Assembly: GCA_050742435.1 (NCBI GenBank)
Contig: JBOGIE010000001.1
Location: 1,188-65,187, forward strand
From: Acidimicrobiales bacterium
GTDB lineage: Bacteria > Actinomycetota > Acidimicrobiia > Acidimicrobiales > AC-14
DNA length: 64,000 nucleotides
Direction of reading: 5' to 3'
In this document: positions 1 to 8,589 of the stretch, piece by piece
Layout of the letters: every line of letters begins with the position of its first letter
How positions within the stretch are numbered: the first letter of the stretch is position 1
The notes under the pieces: model-generated
Database searches by the model: none
The model's input: the letters and a program-made list of their open reading frames with translations, nothing else
Told to the model about the DNA's origin: nothing
Position numbers and translations under genes: made by a program

Positions 1-5
1 GGTTC

Positions 6-1091
6 GTGGCCGCCCAGGTCGGCCTGTGGTTCCTCACCGGCATGGCGGTGGCCGGGTGGACCCCGTGGATCCGTCGACCGTGGCTGCGCCGCGCCGCCCT
101 GGCCGTCGCCGCCTTTCCCCTCGCCACCCTCCTCCTGCGGGCCCTGCCGTTCGTCGCCGACCTGGGCGGCTTCGGCCTGGCCGTCCTCGTGGTCCTCGAC
201 GCCGCGGTGGTGGCCGTCGCCTCGCGGGCCCGGAGGCATCCGCTGTCACCGCTGGCCTGGATCCTCGGGGCGACGGTGGCCCTCCTGCTGGTCGACGTGG
301 CCACGGGCGCCCGGCTCCAGTTGGCCGGCATCCTCGGGTACTCGCCCCAGACCGCGTCCCGGTTCTTCGGCCTGGGCAACACCGCCTTCGGCGTGCTGGC
401 CGGGGCCACCCTGCTCTCCGCCGCCCTCCATGTGACCCACGCCCCCCGCCGGCGTGACGCCGTCGTGGCTGCCGGCGCCCTGTTCGCCCTCGTCCTTTAC
501 GTCGACGGCGCCCCCTTCCTGGGCGCCGACGTCGGGGGGATGGTCACCCTGGCCCCGATCTTCGCCCTGGCCCTTTTCGGCTTCGCCGGCCGGCGCCTCA
601 CCTGGCGGACGCTGGCCCTGGCCGCGGCGGCCGCGGCCGCGGTACTGGCCGTCGCCACCGCGGTCGACCTGCTGCGCCCGCTCGAGTCCCGCACCCACCT
701 GGGCCGGCTGGCCTCGGAGACCCTCGACTCGGGCGGCGGCAGCCTGTTCGCCACCATCGCCCGCCGGTCAGAGGCCACATGGGGGAACGTGGGCCAGTCG
801 TTCTGGACCGCGGTCACGCCGGCCATCGCCGTGGCCGTGCTGGCCGTGCTCCTCCGCAGCCGTCGGGCCGCCGTCTTCGTGCCCGCCGGCTCTCCGGCGA
901 GGACGGGCCTGGTGGCCGCCCTGGTCGCCGGCCTGCTCGGCATGGCGGCCAACGACTCGGGCATCGTCGTGGTGGGCATGGCGATGGTGTCGGTGGGGCC
1001 GTTCCTGGCCCTGCTGGCCCTGCGGGAGCCGCCGCTCGCGCCCGCCCTGCTCGAGCCGGCCGCCGAGCCCAGCCGGGCCGGCCAGCCGTGA
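6..1091 (+). CDS. Polytopic integral membrane protein of unknown function (5' end may lie upstream of the window)
   Basis: 361-aa ORF starting at GTG 6. It has many hydrophobic segments and GC-rich third codon positions. Its TGA overlaps the next gene's GTG (GTGA, 1088-1091). I recognise no family. Confidence 0.6.
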   Translation: MAAQVGLWFLTGMAVAGWTPWIRRPWLRRAALAVAAFPLATLLLRALPFVADLGGFGLAVLVVLDAAVVAVASRARRHPLSPLAWILGATVALLLVDVATGARLQLAGILGYSPQTASRFFGLGNTAFGVLAGATLLSAALHVTHAPRRRDAVVAAGALFALVLYVDGAPFLGADVGGMVTLAPIFALALFGFAGRRLTWRTLALAAAAAAAVLAVATAVDLLRPLESRTHLGRLASETLDSGGGSLFATIARRSEATWGNVGQSFWTAVTPAIAVAVLAVLLRSRRAAVFVPAGSPARTGLVAALVAGLLGMAANDSGIVVVGMAMVSVGPFLALLALREPPLAPALLEPAAEPSRAGQP

Positions 1092-1933
1092 GGTCGCTCC
1101 TCGCCGCCACGGTCGTCGGCTACCTGGCCGCCCGGTTGACCTGGTTGGCCACCCGGCCGGTGTTCGCCCTGCCCGCCCTGGCCCGCCAGAACTACCGGGG
1201 CCGGGCCCTTCCCACCGCGGCCGGCATCGTGCTGCCCTTGGCCGCGGTGCTGGTGGAGGGGGGCCGGGCCGTGGCCGGGTCGTTCGGGGTGGGGGACGAG
1301 CCGGGGATCAGCGCGGTGCGGCTCCTGGTGCTGGTCGCCGCCCTCGGCTTCGCCCTCCTGGGCTTCGTGGACGACCTGGCCGGGGGCGGTGAGGAACGGG
1401 GCTTCCGCGGCCACCTGGGGGCACTGGCCGAGGGGCGGGTGACGACCGGCGCCCTCAAGCTGTTGGGCGGGGGTGTGCTGGCCCTCCTGGTCGTGGCCCC
1501 GGTGGTGGGCGAGTCGCCCGGCCGCCTGCTGGCCGACGCCGCCCTGGTCGGCCTGTGCGCCAACCTCGGCAACCTCCTCGACCGGGCGCCCGGTCGCACC
1601 ATCAAGCTCAGCCTGGCCGCCTTCGTGATCCTGGCCCTCGCCGCCGAGCGCCGGTCGGCACTGAGTGGCACCGCGGTGATCGTCGGCGCCGCCCTCGGCC
1701 TGCTCCTCGACGACCTGCACGAGCGCCTGATGCTGGGCGACGCCGGCGCCAACGTGCTGGGCGCCGTCCTGGGCCTGGCGGTGGTGGCCGCCTGCGGCCC
1801 GTCGACCAGGGACGTCGTCCTCGTGGCCGTGGCCGCCCTCAACGTGGCCGGCGAGCTGGTGTCGTTCAGCCGGGTGATCGACGCCGTGCCTCCCCTGCGG
1901 GCCGCCGACCGCGCCGGCCGCCGCCTTCGCTAG
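1088..1933 (+). CDS. MraY/WecA-like (glycosyltransferase family 4-like) polytopic membrane protein, divergent motifs
   Basis: GTG 1088 is in frame with track ORF 779-1933. FVDDLAGG and ANLGNLLDRAPG resemble the DD and NxxNxxDGxDG motifs of polyprenyl-phosphate sugar-phosphate transferases. The second motif is degenerate. Confidence 0.5.
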   Translation: MRSLLAATVVGYLAARLTWLATRPVFALPALARQNYRGRALPTAAGIVLPLAAVLVEGGRAVAGSFGVGDEPGISAVRLLVLVAALGFALLGFVDDLAGGGEERGFRGHLGALAEGRVTTGALKLLGGGVLALLVVAPVVGESPGRLLADAALVGLCANLGNLLDRAPGRTIKLSLAAFVILALAAERRSALSGTAVIVGAALGLLLDDLHERLMLGDAGANVLGAVLGLAVVAACGPSTRDVVLVAVAALNVAGELVSFSRVIDAVPPLRAADRAGRRLR

Positions 1934-2349
1934 CGGGCCGGCCAGAAGCGGCGGCGGCCCTTTCCCGGGTCACGTTCGACGGCCGCCGGCCCCGGCGGCT
2001 CTCCGCTGCCGTCGACGGTGGCCACCCGCATGAGGAACTCGCTGAGGTGGGCCATCAGCCCGCGTACGTCGTCGGCGCAGAGGGCCAGGTCCTGGCGCCC
2101 GGCGGTGGTCAGCTCGTACATGTGGCGGGCCGGGCCGCGGGCCTGGGACGCCTGCCAGAACGACTGCACCAGGCCCTCTTCCTCGAGCCGGCCCAGCTCC
2201 CGGTACACCGTGGAGGCCGTCACTCCCTCGAACTCCCACCCGCGCAGGCTTTCGGCCAGCTCGTAGCCGTGCCGCGGCTCCTCGGCGAGGAGCAGCAGCA
2301 GATGGGCGACGATCAGCGATCTCGGTCTGGCGATTCCGGCGTGTTGCAT
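1930..2349 (-). CDS. PadR family transcriptional regulator
   Basis: ATG at 2349 is codon 87 of track ORF 1930-2607. The 139-aa product has IVAHLLLLLAEEPRHGYELAESL...STVYRELGRLEEEGLV, a typical PadR winged helix. Confidence 0.85.
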   Translation of the reverse strand: MQHAGIARPRSLIVAHLLLLLAEEPRHGYELAESLRGWEFEGVTASTVYRELGRLEEEGLVQSFWQASQARGPARHMYELTTAGRQDLALCADDVRGLMAHLSEFLMRVATVDGSGEPPGPAAVERDPGKGRRRFWPAR

Positions 2350-2379
2350 GTCGGGCCTCCCCGCCGTCACGGCGACCCT

Positions 2380-2399
2380 GTGTATGTACACCGAGTATA
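2380..2399 (-). promoter_or_regulatory. Candidate padR promoter and operator (-10-like TATACT plus GTGTA-N2-TACAC inverted repeat)
   Basis: This is an AT-richer patch 31-50 nt upstream of the padR start. On the minus strand TATACT lies at 2399-2394, followed immediately by the palindromic arms GTGTA/TACAC (2380-2391). Confidence 0.35.
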
Positions 2400-2444
2400 G
2401 CGATCCGACACACAAAGCGGCGCACCCGGCCGTCAGCCCGCCGG

Positions 2445-4019
2445 TCAGTGGCCGAGGGTGGCGGTGGCGGCAGGGTCGGCGGTGCCGGGAGCAGATCCGG
2501 CGGCCAGCTCCCGGGCGTGGTCCACGGGTGAGGTCGACGTCCGGAGGGGCTCCTCCCGCAGGAGCCAGGTGACGGCGAACCCCACGAGGATGAGCGGCGT
2601 GGCCCACAGGAACACCGTGGTCAGGGAGTCGGCGAACCCGGCGACGTAGGTGCCGCGCACCGCCTCCGGCAGCTGCCGGATGGCCTCGGGGGTGAAGCTG
2701 CCACCGTCGCCCACGGCCACCGCCTCACCGATGCGGTGGCCGAGGAGGTTGTTGAACAGGGCGCCGAACAGGGCGACGCCCACCGACCCGCCCATGGAGC
2801 GGAAGAAGCTCACCGACGAGGTGGCCACGCCCAGCTCGCTGCGGTCGACCGCGTTCTGCACGGCCAGGACGAGGGTCTGCATGGTGAGCCCGATCCCGAT
2901 GCCGAGGACGATCATGAAGGCGGTGACGGTGGCCTGGGAGGTGTCCGTGCCCATGGTCGAGAGCAGGTACATGGCCACCGCGGCGATGCCGCAGCCGGCC
3001 ACGGGGAAGACCTTGTAGCGGCCGGTACGGGAGATGATCTGCCCGGAGGCCATCGAGGCGCCGAGCAGGCCGACCATCAGCGGCAGCAGCAGCAGGCCGG
3101 AGTTGGTGGCCGATGCGCCGTTGACGACCTGCAGGAACAGCGGCAGGAAGCTGATGGCGCCGAACATGGCCATGCCGATGATGAAGCTGACCGACGTGGC
3201 GACGTTGAACGACCGGTTGCCGAACAGGTGCATGGGCACGACCGGCTCGACGGCCCGTCCCTCCACGGCCAGAAGCAGGCCGAGGAGCACCACCGAGGCG
3301 GCGCCCAGACCGAGGATGACGGCCGAGCCCCACTGGTACTCCGTCCCGCCCCATGTGGTGAGGAGCACGAGGCAGGTGACCCCGGCGGTGAGCAGGGCGG
3401 CGCCCAGGTAGTCGACCTTGGCCTTGCGCTGCGCCTCCGACGCCGGCAGCACGACCGCGGTCACGAACAGGGCCACCGCCCCGACCGGGAGGTTGACGTA
3501 GAACACCCACCGCCACGACACCTGGTCGGTGAGGAAGCCGCCGACCAGGGGACCGGCCACCATGGCGACGCCGAACACGGCGCCGAAGTAGCCCATGTAG
3601 CGGCCCCGCTCCCGGGGCGAGACCACGTCCCCGATGATGGCCTGGGCCAGCACCATGAGGCCGCCGCCCCCCACCCCCTGGATGGCCCGGAAGACGATGA
3701 GCTGCCCCATCGACTGGGCCAGCCCGCACAGGACGCTGCCGGCCAGGAAGACCAGGATGGCGAGCTGGAACAGGCGCTTGCGGCCGTAGAGGTCGCCCAG
3801 CTTGCCGTAGAGGGGAGTCGACACCGTCGAGGCCAGCAGGTACGACGTCACCACCCACGACAGGTGGTTCAGCCCGCCCAGCTCCCCGGTGATGGTGGGC
3901 AGGGCGGTGGAGACGATGGTCTGGTCGAGGGCGGCCAGCAGCATGCCCAGCATGAGGCCGCTGAAGATGACGAGGATCTGGCGGTGGCTGAGGGCCGGGG
4001 GGGCCTCGGTCGGGATCAC
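2445..4019 (-). CDS. MFS transporter, DHA2 (EmrB/QacA-like, 14-TMS) drug:H+ antiporter family
   Basis: ALDQTIVSTALPTI, GKLGDLYGRKR and FRAIQGVGGGG are hallmark DHA2 motifs. I chose the GTG at 4019, which overlaps the TetR stop (GTGA, 4016-4019). The track ORF extends to 4094. Confidence 0.9.
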   Translation of the reverse strand: MIPTEAPPALSHRQILVIFSGLMLGMLLAALDQTIVSTALPTITGELGGLNHLSWVVTSYLLASTVSTPLYGKLGDLYGRKRLFQLAILVFLAGSVLCGLAQSMGQLIVFRAIQGVGGGGLMVLAQAIIGDVVSPRERGRYMGYFGAVFGVAMVAGPLVGGFLTDQVSWRWVFYVNLPVGAVALFVTAVVLPASEAQRKAKVDYLGAALLTAGVTCLVLLTTWGGTEYQWGSAVILGLGAASVVLLGLLLAVEGRAVEPVVPMHLFGNRSFNVATSVSFIIGMAMFGAISFLPLFLQVVNGASATNSGLLLLPLMVGLLGASMASGQIISRTGRYKVFPVAGCGIAAVAMYLLSTMGTDTSQATVTAFMIVLGIGIGLTMQTLVLAVQNAVDRSELGVATSSVSFFRSMGGSVGVALFGALFNNLLGHRIGEAVAVGDGGSFTPEAIRQLPEAVRGTYVAGFADSLTTVFLWATPLILVGFAVTWLLREEPLRTSTSPVDHARELAAGSAPGTADPAATATLGH

Positions 4020-4627
4020 GGCCCGGGCGCCAGCTGGCTCAGCGCGGCCTCGACCACGGCCGTGACCGGCGTCTGGTGGTCGGACTCCTCCCACCAGGCC
4101 AGGGCGGCCCGTACCGAGGCCAGGGCGGCGGCCACGAAGATGCGGGGGCCGGGGTCGACGGCCGGGTCGACGCCTGAACGGTCGGCGAAGGCCCGGGCCA
4201 GGGCCTCCTCCACCTGGACGGTGGTGGCCAGGTGCCGGGGCAGCAGGGAGGGGTAGCGCCGGACCAGCTCGTTGCGCAGCTGCCAGCGCCGGAGCATGGC
4301 GCCCGAGTCGAGCTCGGCCAGCAGGACGGACCGCAGGGTCTCCACCGGTCGCTCGCCCGCCGGTCGCTGCCTGACCTCCTCGGCCAGCTCGGCCAGCACC
4401 CCCGCCTCCACCCCGACCACCGCCTCCTCCTTGCAGGAGAAGTAGTTGAAGAACGTCCGCACCGACACGTCGGCGGCGGTGGCGATGTCGTCCACGGTGA
4501 CGTGCTCCAACCCGCGGGCCCGGACCAGCTCGCGCGCCGCCTGGGACAGGGCGGCATGGGTCTCGCGCTTCTTCCGCTCCCGCACCCCGGTGGCCCCCAC
4601 AACTTGCACTCTATGCAACTTCTTCAC
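4016..4627 (-). CDS. TetR/AcrR family transcriptional regulator
   Basis: The N-terminal HTH is RERKKRETHAALSQAARELVRARGLEHVTVDDIATAADVSVRTFFNYF. The gene is translationally coupled to the downstream MFS gene. Confidence 0.9.
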   Translation of the reverse strand: MKKLHRVQVVGATGVRERKKRETHAALSQAARELVRARGLEHVTVDDIATAADVSVRTFFNYFSCKEEAVVGVEAGVLAELAEEVRQRPAGERPVETLRSVLLAELDSGAMLRRWQLRNELVRRYPSLLPRHLATTVQVEEALARAFADRSGVDPAVDPGPRIFVAAALASVRAALAWWEESDHQTPVTAVVEAALSQLAPGP

Positions 4628-4676
4628 GAACCGGTGACGCCCAGCGGCGTCCGGCGCGGTTCAGCGTCACCGGTTC
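4628..4676. promoter_or_regulatory. Perfect 13-bp inverted repeat (GAACCGGTGACGC / GCGTCACCGGTTC) in the TetR-LLM divergent intergenic region; candidate operator
   Basis: The arms lie at 4628-4640 and 4664-4676, separated by a 23-nt spacer. The repeat fills most of the 72-bp gap between the divergent starts at 4627 (-) and 4700 (+). Confidence 0.45.
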
Positions 4677-4699
4677 AGGGCGGCCTACGGTGACAACCA

Positions 4700-5611
4700 A
4701 TGCTCCTCGGCTTCGCCGTCCCGGTGTCCGGATCGTGGGCCACGCCGGCCAACTGCGCCCGGGTGGCCCGGGCGGCCGAGAAGCTGGGCTATTCGTCGTT
4801 GTGGACGTTCCAGCGCCTGCTGTCGCCCCTGGACGGCGACGAGCCCCGGCTGGCCCCGCAGTACCGGAGCGTGTCCGACCCGCTGGCCACCCTGGCCTAC
4901 CTGGCCGGGCTGACGTCGACCGTGCGGCTGGGGGTGGCCGTGGTCAACATGCCGTACTACGCGCCCCTGGTCCTGGCCAAGCTGCTGACCGAGGTCGACC
5001 GGCTCTCGGGCGGGCGGCTCGACGCCGGGCTGGGGATCGGCTGGCTGCCGGAGGAGCTGGCCGCGGTGGGGGTGGGCGCCGCCCGCCGCGGGGCGCGGGC
5101 CGAGGAGTACCTGCGGTGCCTGCGGACCATCTGGACCGAGGAGGTCGTGGAGCACCGCGGCGACTTCTACACCGTGCCCCGGTGCCGGGTGGACCCCAAG
5201 CCGGTGCAGCGGCCGCATCCGCCGGTCCTCCTGGGGGGGACGGCGGAGGCCGCCCTTCGCCGGGCCGGCCGCGCCGCCGCCGGCTGGATCAGCAGCAGCC
5301 GGGCCGACCTGACGCGGATCGACGAGACCATCGCCGTGGTGCGCGAGGCGGCGATCGAGGCTGGCCGGGACCCCGGGGAGCTGCGGTTCGTCTGCCGGGG
5401 CGTGGTCAAGGTGCGCCAGGGCTCGCGGGCCCCGCTGGTCGGGTCCCTGGACCAGATCAGGGGCGACCTGGCCGAGCTGGCCGGCAAGGGGGTCACCGAG
5501 ACCTTCGTCGACCTGAACTTCGACCCCGAGATCGGCGCACCGGACGCCGATCCCGAGGTCTCGATGCGCCGGGCCGAGCAGGTGCTGGAGGCTCGCCCCC
5601 GGGCCGCCTAA
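4700..5611 (+). CDS. LLM-class (luciferase-like) F420-dependent oxidoreductase
   Basis: 303 aa. SLWTFQRL, RLGVAVVNMPYYAPLVLAK, GRLDAGLGIGW and HPPVLLGG follow the pattern of the luciferase-like monooxygenase family. Confidence 0.75.
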   Translation: MLLGFAVPVSGSWATPANCARVARAAEKLGYSSLWTFQRLLSPLDGDEPRLAPQYRSVSDPLATLAYLAGLTSTVRLGVAVVNMPYYAPLVLAKLLTEVDRLSGGRLDAGLGIGWLPEELAAVGVGAARRGARAEEYLRCLRTIWTEEVVEHRGDFYTVPRCRVDPKPVQRPHPPVLLGGTAEAALRRAGRAAAGWISSSRADLTRIDETIAVVREAAIEAGRDPGELRFVCRGVVKVRQGSRAPLVGSLDQIRGDLAELAGKGVTETFVDLNFDPEIGAPDADPEVSMRRAEQVLEARPRAA

Positions 5612-7098
5612 GTGACGGTGAAGGTGGCCACCCCGGTGACCGCCCGTGATCCGGACACCGGGTCCACCTGGGCGAAGCAGACCTGGTAGGTGCCGGGCAG
5701 GCGGTTGACGGTGCCCGTGACCCGGCCGATCAACCCGTTCGCCGCCGCGTAGACCACCACGGGGTTGACGGCGACGAGGTCGAGGGCACACGGTTGGCTG
5801 GCGCTGAGGCCGCGCCGCCCGGTGACCAGCTGGTAGGGGACGTTGGCCAGGGCGTTGGTGGCATAGGCCCGGATGGTGGTGCCCGCCGGCCCGGAACCCG
5901 AGCGGGTGCCGTTCGAGAACCACGTGCTGCCCGCCGCGGTGCTCCCGGGCGTGCCCGGGGGCGGCGCGTTGGCCAGCCAGGCGCTGTCGGCCGTGTTCCA
6001 GTGGGTGCGCAGCCAGTTGCCCGGCTGGGGACTGGTCGAGAAGTAGTCGTCGTTGCCGCAGTCGAGGAGGGTCTCGTGGCTGGCCGGGCACACGAACCGG
6101 AGCGAGGTGGGCGAGCCGTCGGGGTTGAAGACGCCGGACGGGTCGCCGTCGGCGTAGCAGAGGCGGTCCGACTCGTCGGTGCAGTGGCTGTTGCTGGTGG
6201 CGTTGGGGGGGGCCTGATCGGGGTCGCTGAAGCCCAGCACCCCGCCCATCATGTGCAGCAGCTCGTGGGCCTCCACCGGGTTGGCCTGCCCCCAGCAGCG
6301 GGTGTCGACCCTGCCGACCAGGCCGTCGTAGCCCGGGTTGCCGTTGTTGGCGTTGACACCGGGAGTGGGGTCGGAGCGGAAGTCGTCGTAGATGAGGCCG
6401 ATGCCGCAGTACTTGGTCCGGGGGGTGTCCACCCAGAGGAGGTACTTGCGGTCGGGCCGGTTCAGGCCGCGGTCGTCCAGTTCGTCGAGGGTGACCGAGA
6501 AGTCGTTCACCGCCGAGGTGGAAATGGTGATGCGGTCGATCACCGGCCGGCACTGGGCATCGGTGACGAAACGGACGTGGCGGATGCCGCCGGTCTTCGC
6601 CGCGCTGGTGTTGAAGACGTCGTCCACCCGGGCGGCCCAGTCGCGGAACGACGCCTCGAACGCCGGGTAGCGGTCGGTGGTCCCCGCCTCGCGGGCGTAG
6701 ACGAGCTGGACGCGGTACCCGTCGCTCCCCGTCCCGTAGCAACCCACCGTGCCCGGCGCCGCTGCCGCCGCGGCGATCTGGCCGGGTGCGGGCGCCGCCG
6801 CCCCCAGCCGGAAGCCGGGGTCCTCGCCCGGGCGGGTGTCGAGGTCGGCGGGGACGGGGTCGGGACCGTGGGTGCACCGGACGCCCTGGCGCCCAGGGGG
6901 CAGGGGCCGGCGGCTCATCACCTCGTAGGCCCCCCGGCATGCGCTGCCCGGACCACCCCGGCGCAGGCCGGCGTAGACGAGGCCCCGGCCGGGGTCGTCC
7001 GGCGGCACCTGGGCGCCGACCGGCGGCACGGCGGTCACGAGGGACGCCCCCGTGGCCAGCACGGCGAGGCAGAGCAGGATCGCGGCGAAACGGCGCAT
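5608..7098 (-). CDS. Secreted Cys-rich HExxH protein (putative zinc metalloprotease), paralogue A of the 57787-62724 pair
   Basis: It has a signal peptide (MRRFAAILLCLAVLATGASLVTA) and HELLH at 6253-6267. It shares the blocks RVQLVYA, NRPDRKYLLW, YCGIG, CWG, HCTDESDRLCYADG, DCGNDDYF and THWNTADSAWLA with the two large paralogues. Its C-terminal ~110 aa differ from theirs. Confidence 0.7.
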   Translation of the reverse strand: MRRFAAILLCLAVLATGASLVTAVPPVGAQVPPDDPGRGLVYAGLRRGGPGSACRGAYEVMSRRPLPPGRQGVRCTHGPDPVPADLDTRPGEDPGFRLGAAAPAPGQIAAAAAAPGTVGCYGTGSDGYRVQLVYAREAGTTDRYPAFEASFRDWAARVDDVFNTSAAKTGGIRHVRFVTDAQCRPVIDRITISTSAVNDFSVTLDELDDRGLNRPDRKYLLWVDTPRTKYCGIGLIYDDFRSDPTPGVNANNGNPGYDGLVGRVDTRCWGQANPVEAHELLHMMGGVLGFSDPDQAPPNATSNSHCTDESDRLCYADGDPSGVFNPDGSPTSLRFVCPASHETLLDCGNDDYFSTSPQPGNWLRTHWNTADSAWLANAPPPGTPGSTAAGSTWFSNGTRSGSGPAGTTIRAYATNALANVPYQLVTGRRGLSASQPCALDLVAVNPVVVYAAANGLIGRVTGTVNRLPGTYQVCFAQVDPVSGSRAVTGVATFTVT

Positions 7099-7123
7099 GT
7101 GCGAACAGGACCCCCGGACGAAC

Positions 7124-8269
7124 CTACTCGGCGGCCGCCTGCTGGTTCTCGTCCTCCTCGCCGGCGGCGTCGACCTCGGTGGGCGACCCGGCGGCGGCCG
7201 CGCTGTCGGGGTCGGGGGCGGCGAGGGGCGGGGCCGAGGGCAGGCCGTTGAGGGCGTCGATCAGGGCCCGCAGCCGGCCGTGGCTGGCCCGGTCGAAGTG
7301 CAGGGCGATGCGGGGCAGCCCGAGGTGGTCGTTCCCCGACACCTCGGCCGGCTGGGGCGGCGTGCTCTCGATGCGGCCCCGAGTGACGATGTCGGCGAAG
7401 CGCTGGTTGAGGTCGGCGAGCTCGGCGCGGGTGGGGGCGGCGCGCAGACGGATGACCAGGCGGCTGCCGACGTAGCGCATCGAGTGGTAGTTGCGGAAGA
7501 ACCCGAAGATCTCCGAGGTGGCCGTGGCCACGTCGTCGGTGGTCTTGAGCAGGAGCAGGTCCTCGGGCGACACCAGTCCCCGGGCCACCACTTCGTCGCG
7601 CACGAAGCGCTCCCAGCTCTTCCAGTACGTGCCGCCGGGGACCTCGAGAAGCACGATGGGCGACGGCGCCGCCTTCCCCGTCTGCAGGAGGGTGAGCAGC
7701 TCGAACACCTCGTCCAGGGTGCCGAACCCGCCCGGTAGCACGACGAAGCCGGCCGACTCCTTCATCAGCATGAGCTTGCGGGTGAAGAAGTACTTCATGG
7801 TGACCAGCCGGTTGTCGGAGCCGAACGTTGGATTGGGCGACTCGAACGGCAGGCGGATGTTCACGCCGATGGAGTGCTCGGGCCCCGCCCCCTCGGCGCC
7901 GGCGGCCATGATCCCGGGACCGGCTCCCGTGACGATGATCCAGCCGGCGCCGGCCAGGGCGCCGGCCAGATCACGGGTCTGGACGTAGAGGGGGTCGTCG
8001 GGCAGGGTCCGGGCCGACCCGAAGATGGTGACCTTGGGAATGTGGCGGTAGGGCGCGAACACCCTGAACGCCTCCCGCATCTCCCCGAGGGCGGCGTTGG
8101 TGATCTTCAGGTTGAGCCGGTCGGCCTCGTCGCCCGCCAGCCCGACGACCGTGGCGAGGATCTCGAAGAGCTGGTCGACGTCCCGAGTGGCCCCTGCGGT
8201 CTCGAGCAGGTCGTGGAGCCGCTGGTCGAGGGCGGGGTCGTCGGTCTGGTCGCGCGGCCGCTCGTTCAT
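7124..8269 (-). CDS. LOG family protein (TIGR00730-type Rossmann fold; cytokinin riboside 5'-monophosphate phosphoribohydrolase-like), long form
   Basis: Motifs include IFGSAR, VTGAGPGIMAA and the signature PGGFGTLDEVFE. Extra N- and C-terminal extensions bring the length to 381 aa. Confidence 0.8.
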   Translation of the reverse strand: MNERPRDQTDDPALDQRLHDLLETAGATRDVDQLFEILATVVGLAGDEADRLNLKITNAALGEMREAFRVFAPYRHIPKVTIFGSARTLPDDPLYVQTRDLAGALAGAGWIIVTGAGPGIMAAGAEGAGPEHSIGVNIRLPFESPNPTFGSDNRLVTMKYFFTRKLMLMKESAGFVVLPGGFGTLDEVFELLTLLQTGKAAPSPIVLLEVPGGTYWKSWERFVRDEVVARGLVSPEDLLLLKTTDDVATATSEIFGFFRNYHSMRYVGSRLVIRLRAAPTRAELADLNQRFADIVTRGRIESTPPQPAEVSGNDHLGLPRIALHFDRASHGRLRALIDALNGLPSAPPLAAPDPDSAAAAGSPTEVDAAGEEDENQQAAAE

Positions 8270-8337
8270 CGGCCCACCTTCTCACGGGGCCGGGGACCAT
8301 CCCGTTTCGCCCACCGCCGCTGGGGCAAGATGTAACC

Positions 8338-8580
8338 ATGCTGTCCCCGCTTCTCCTGGTGGTCGCCTCCCTGGCCGGCCTCAGCCTCCTGCTCTTCGGC
8401 ATGTCCTGGTTCGAGCAGCGAGTCCTGTCGCCCAAGGCGCTGATCGTGCACGCGGCCCGGGCCCGCCAGGCCCGGCCCGAGCACGTGGAGAAGCTGGTGG
8501 TCCGCCAGTCCGAGCGGCTGCTCCAGGGGCTCTCCCTCAGCCCGGCCGACCGGGCCGAGCGCACCGCCACCATCCCGTAG
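8338..8580 (+). CDS. Small membrane protein, hypothetical
   Basis: 80-aa ORF with ATG start, one N-terminal hydrophobic helix and a charged tail. Third-position GC is strong. Confidence 0.55.
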   Translation: MLSPLLLVVASLAGLSLLLFGMSWFEQRVLSPKALIVHAARARQARPEHVEKLVVRQSERLLQGLSLSPADRAERTATIP

Positions 8581-8589
8581 CGGGGGCGG

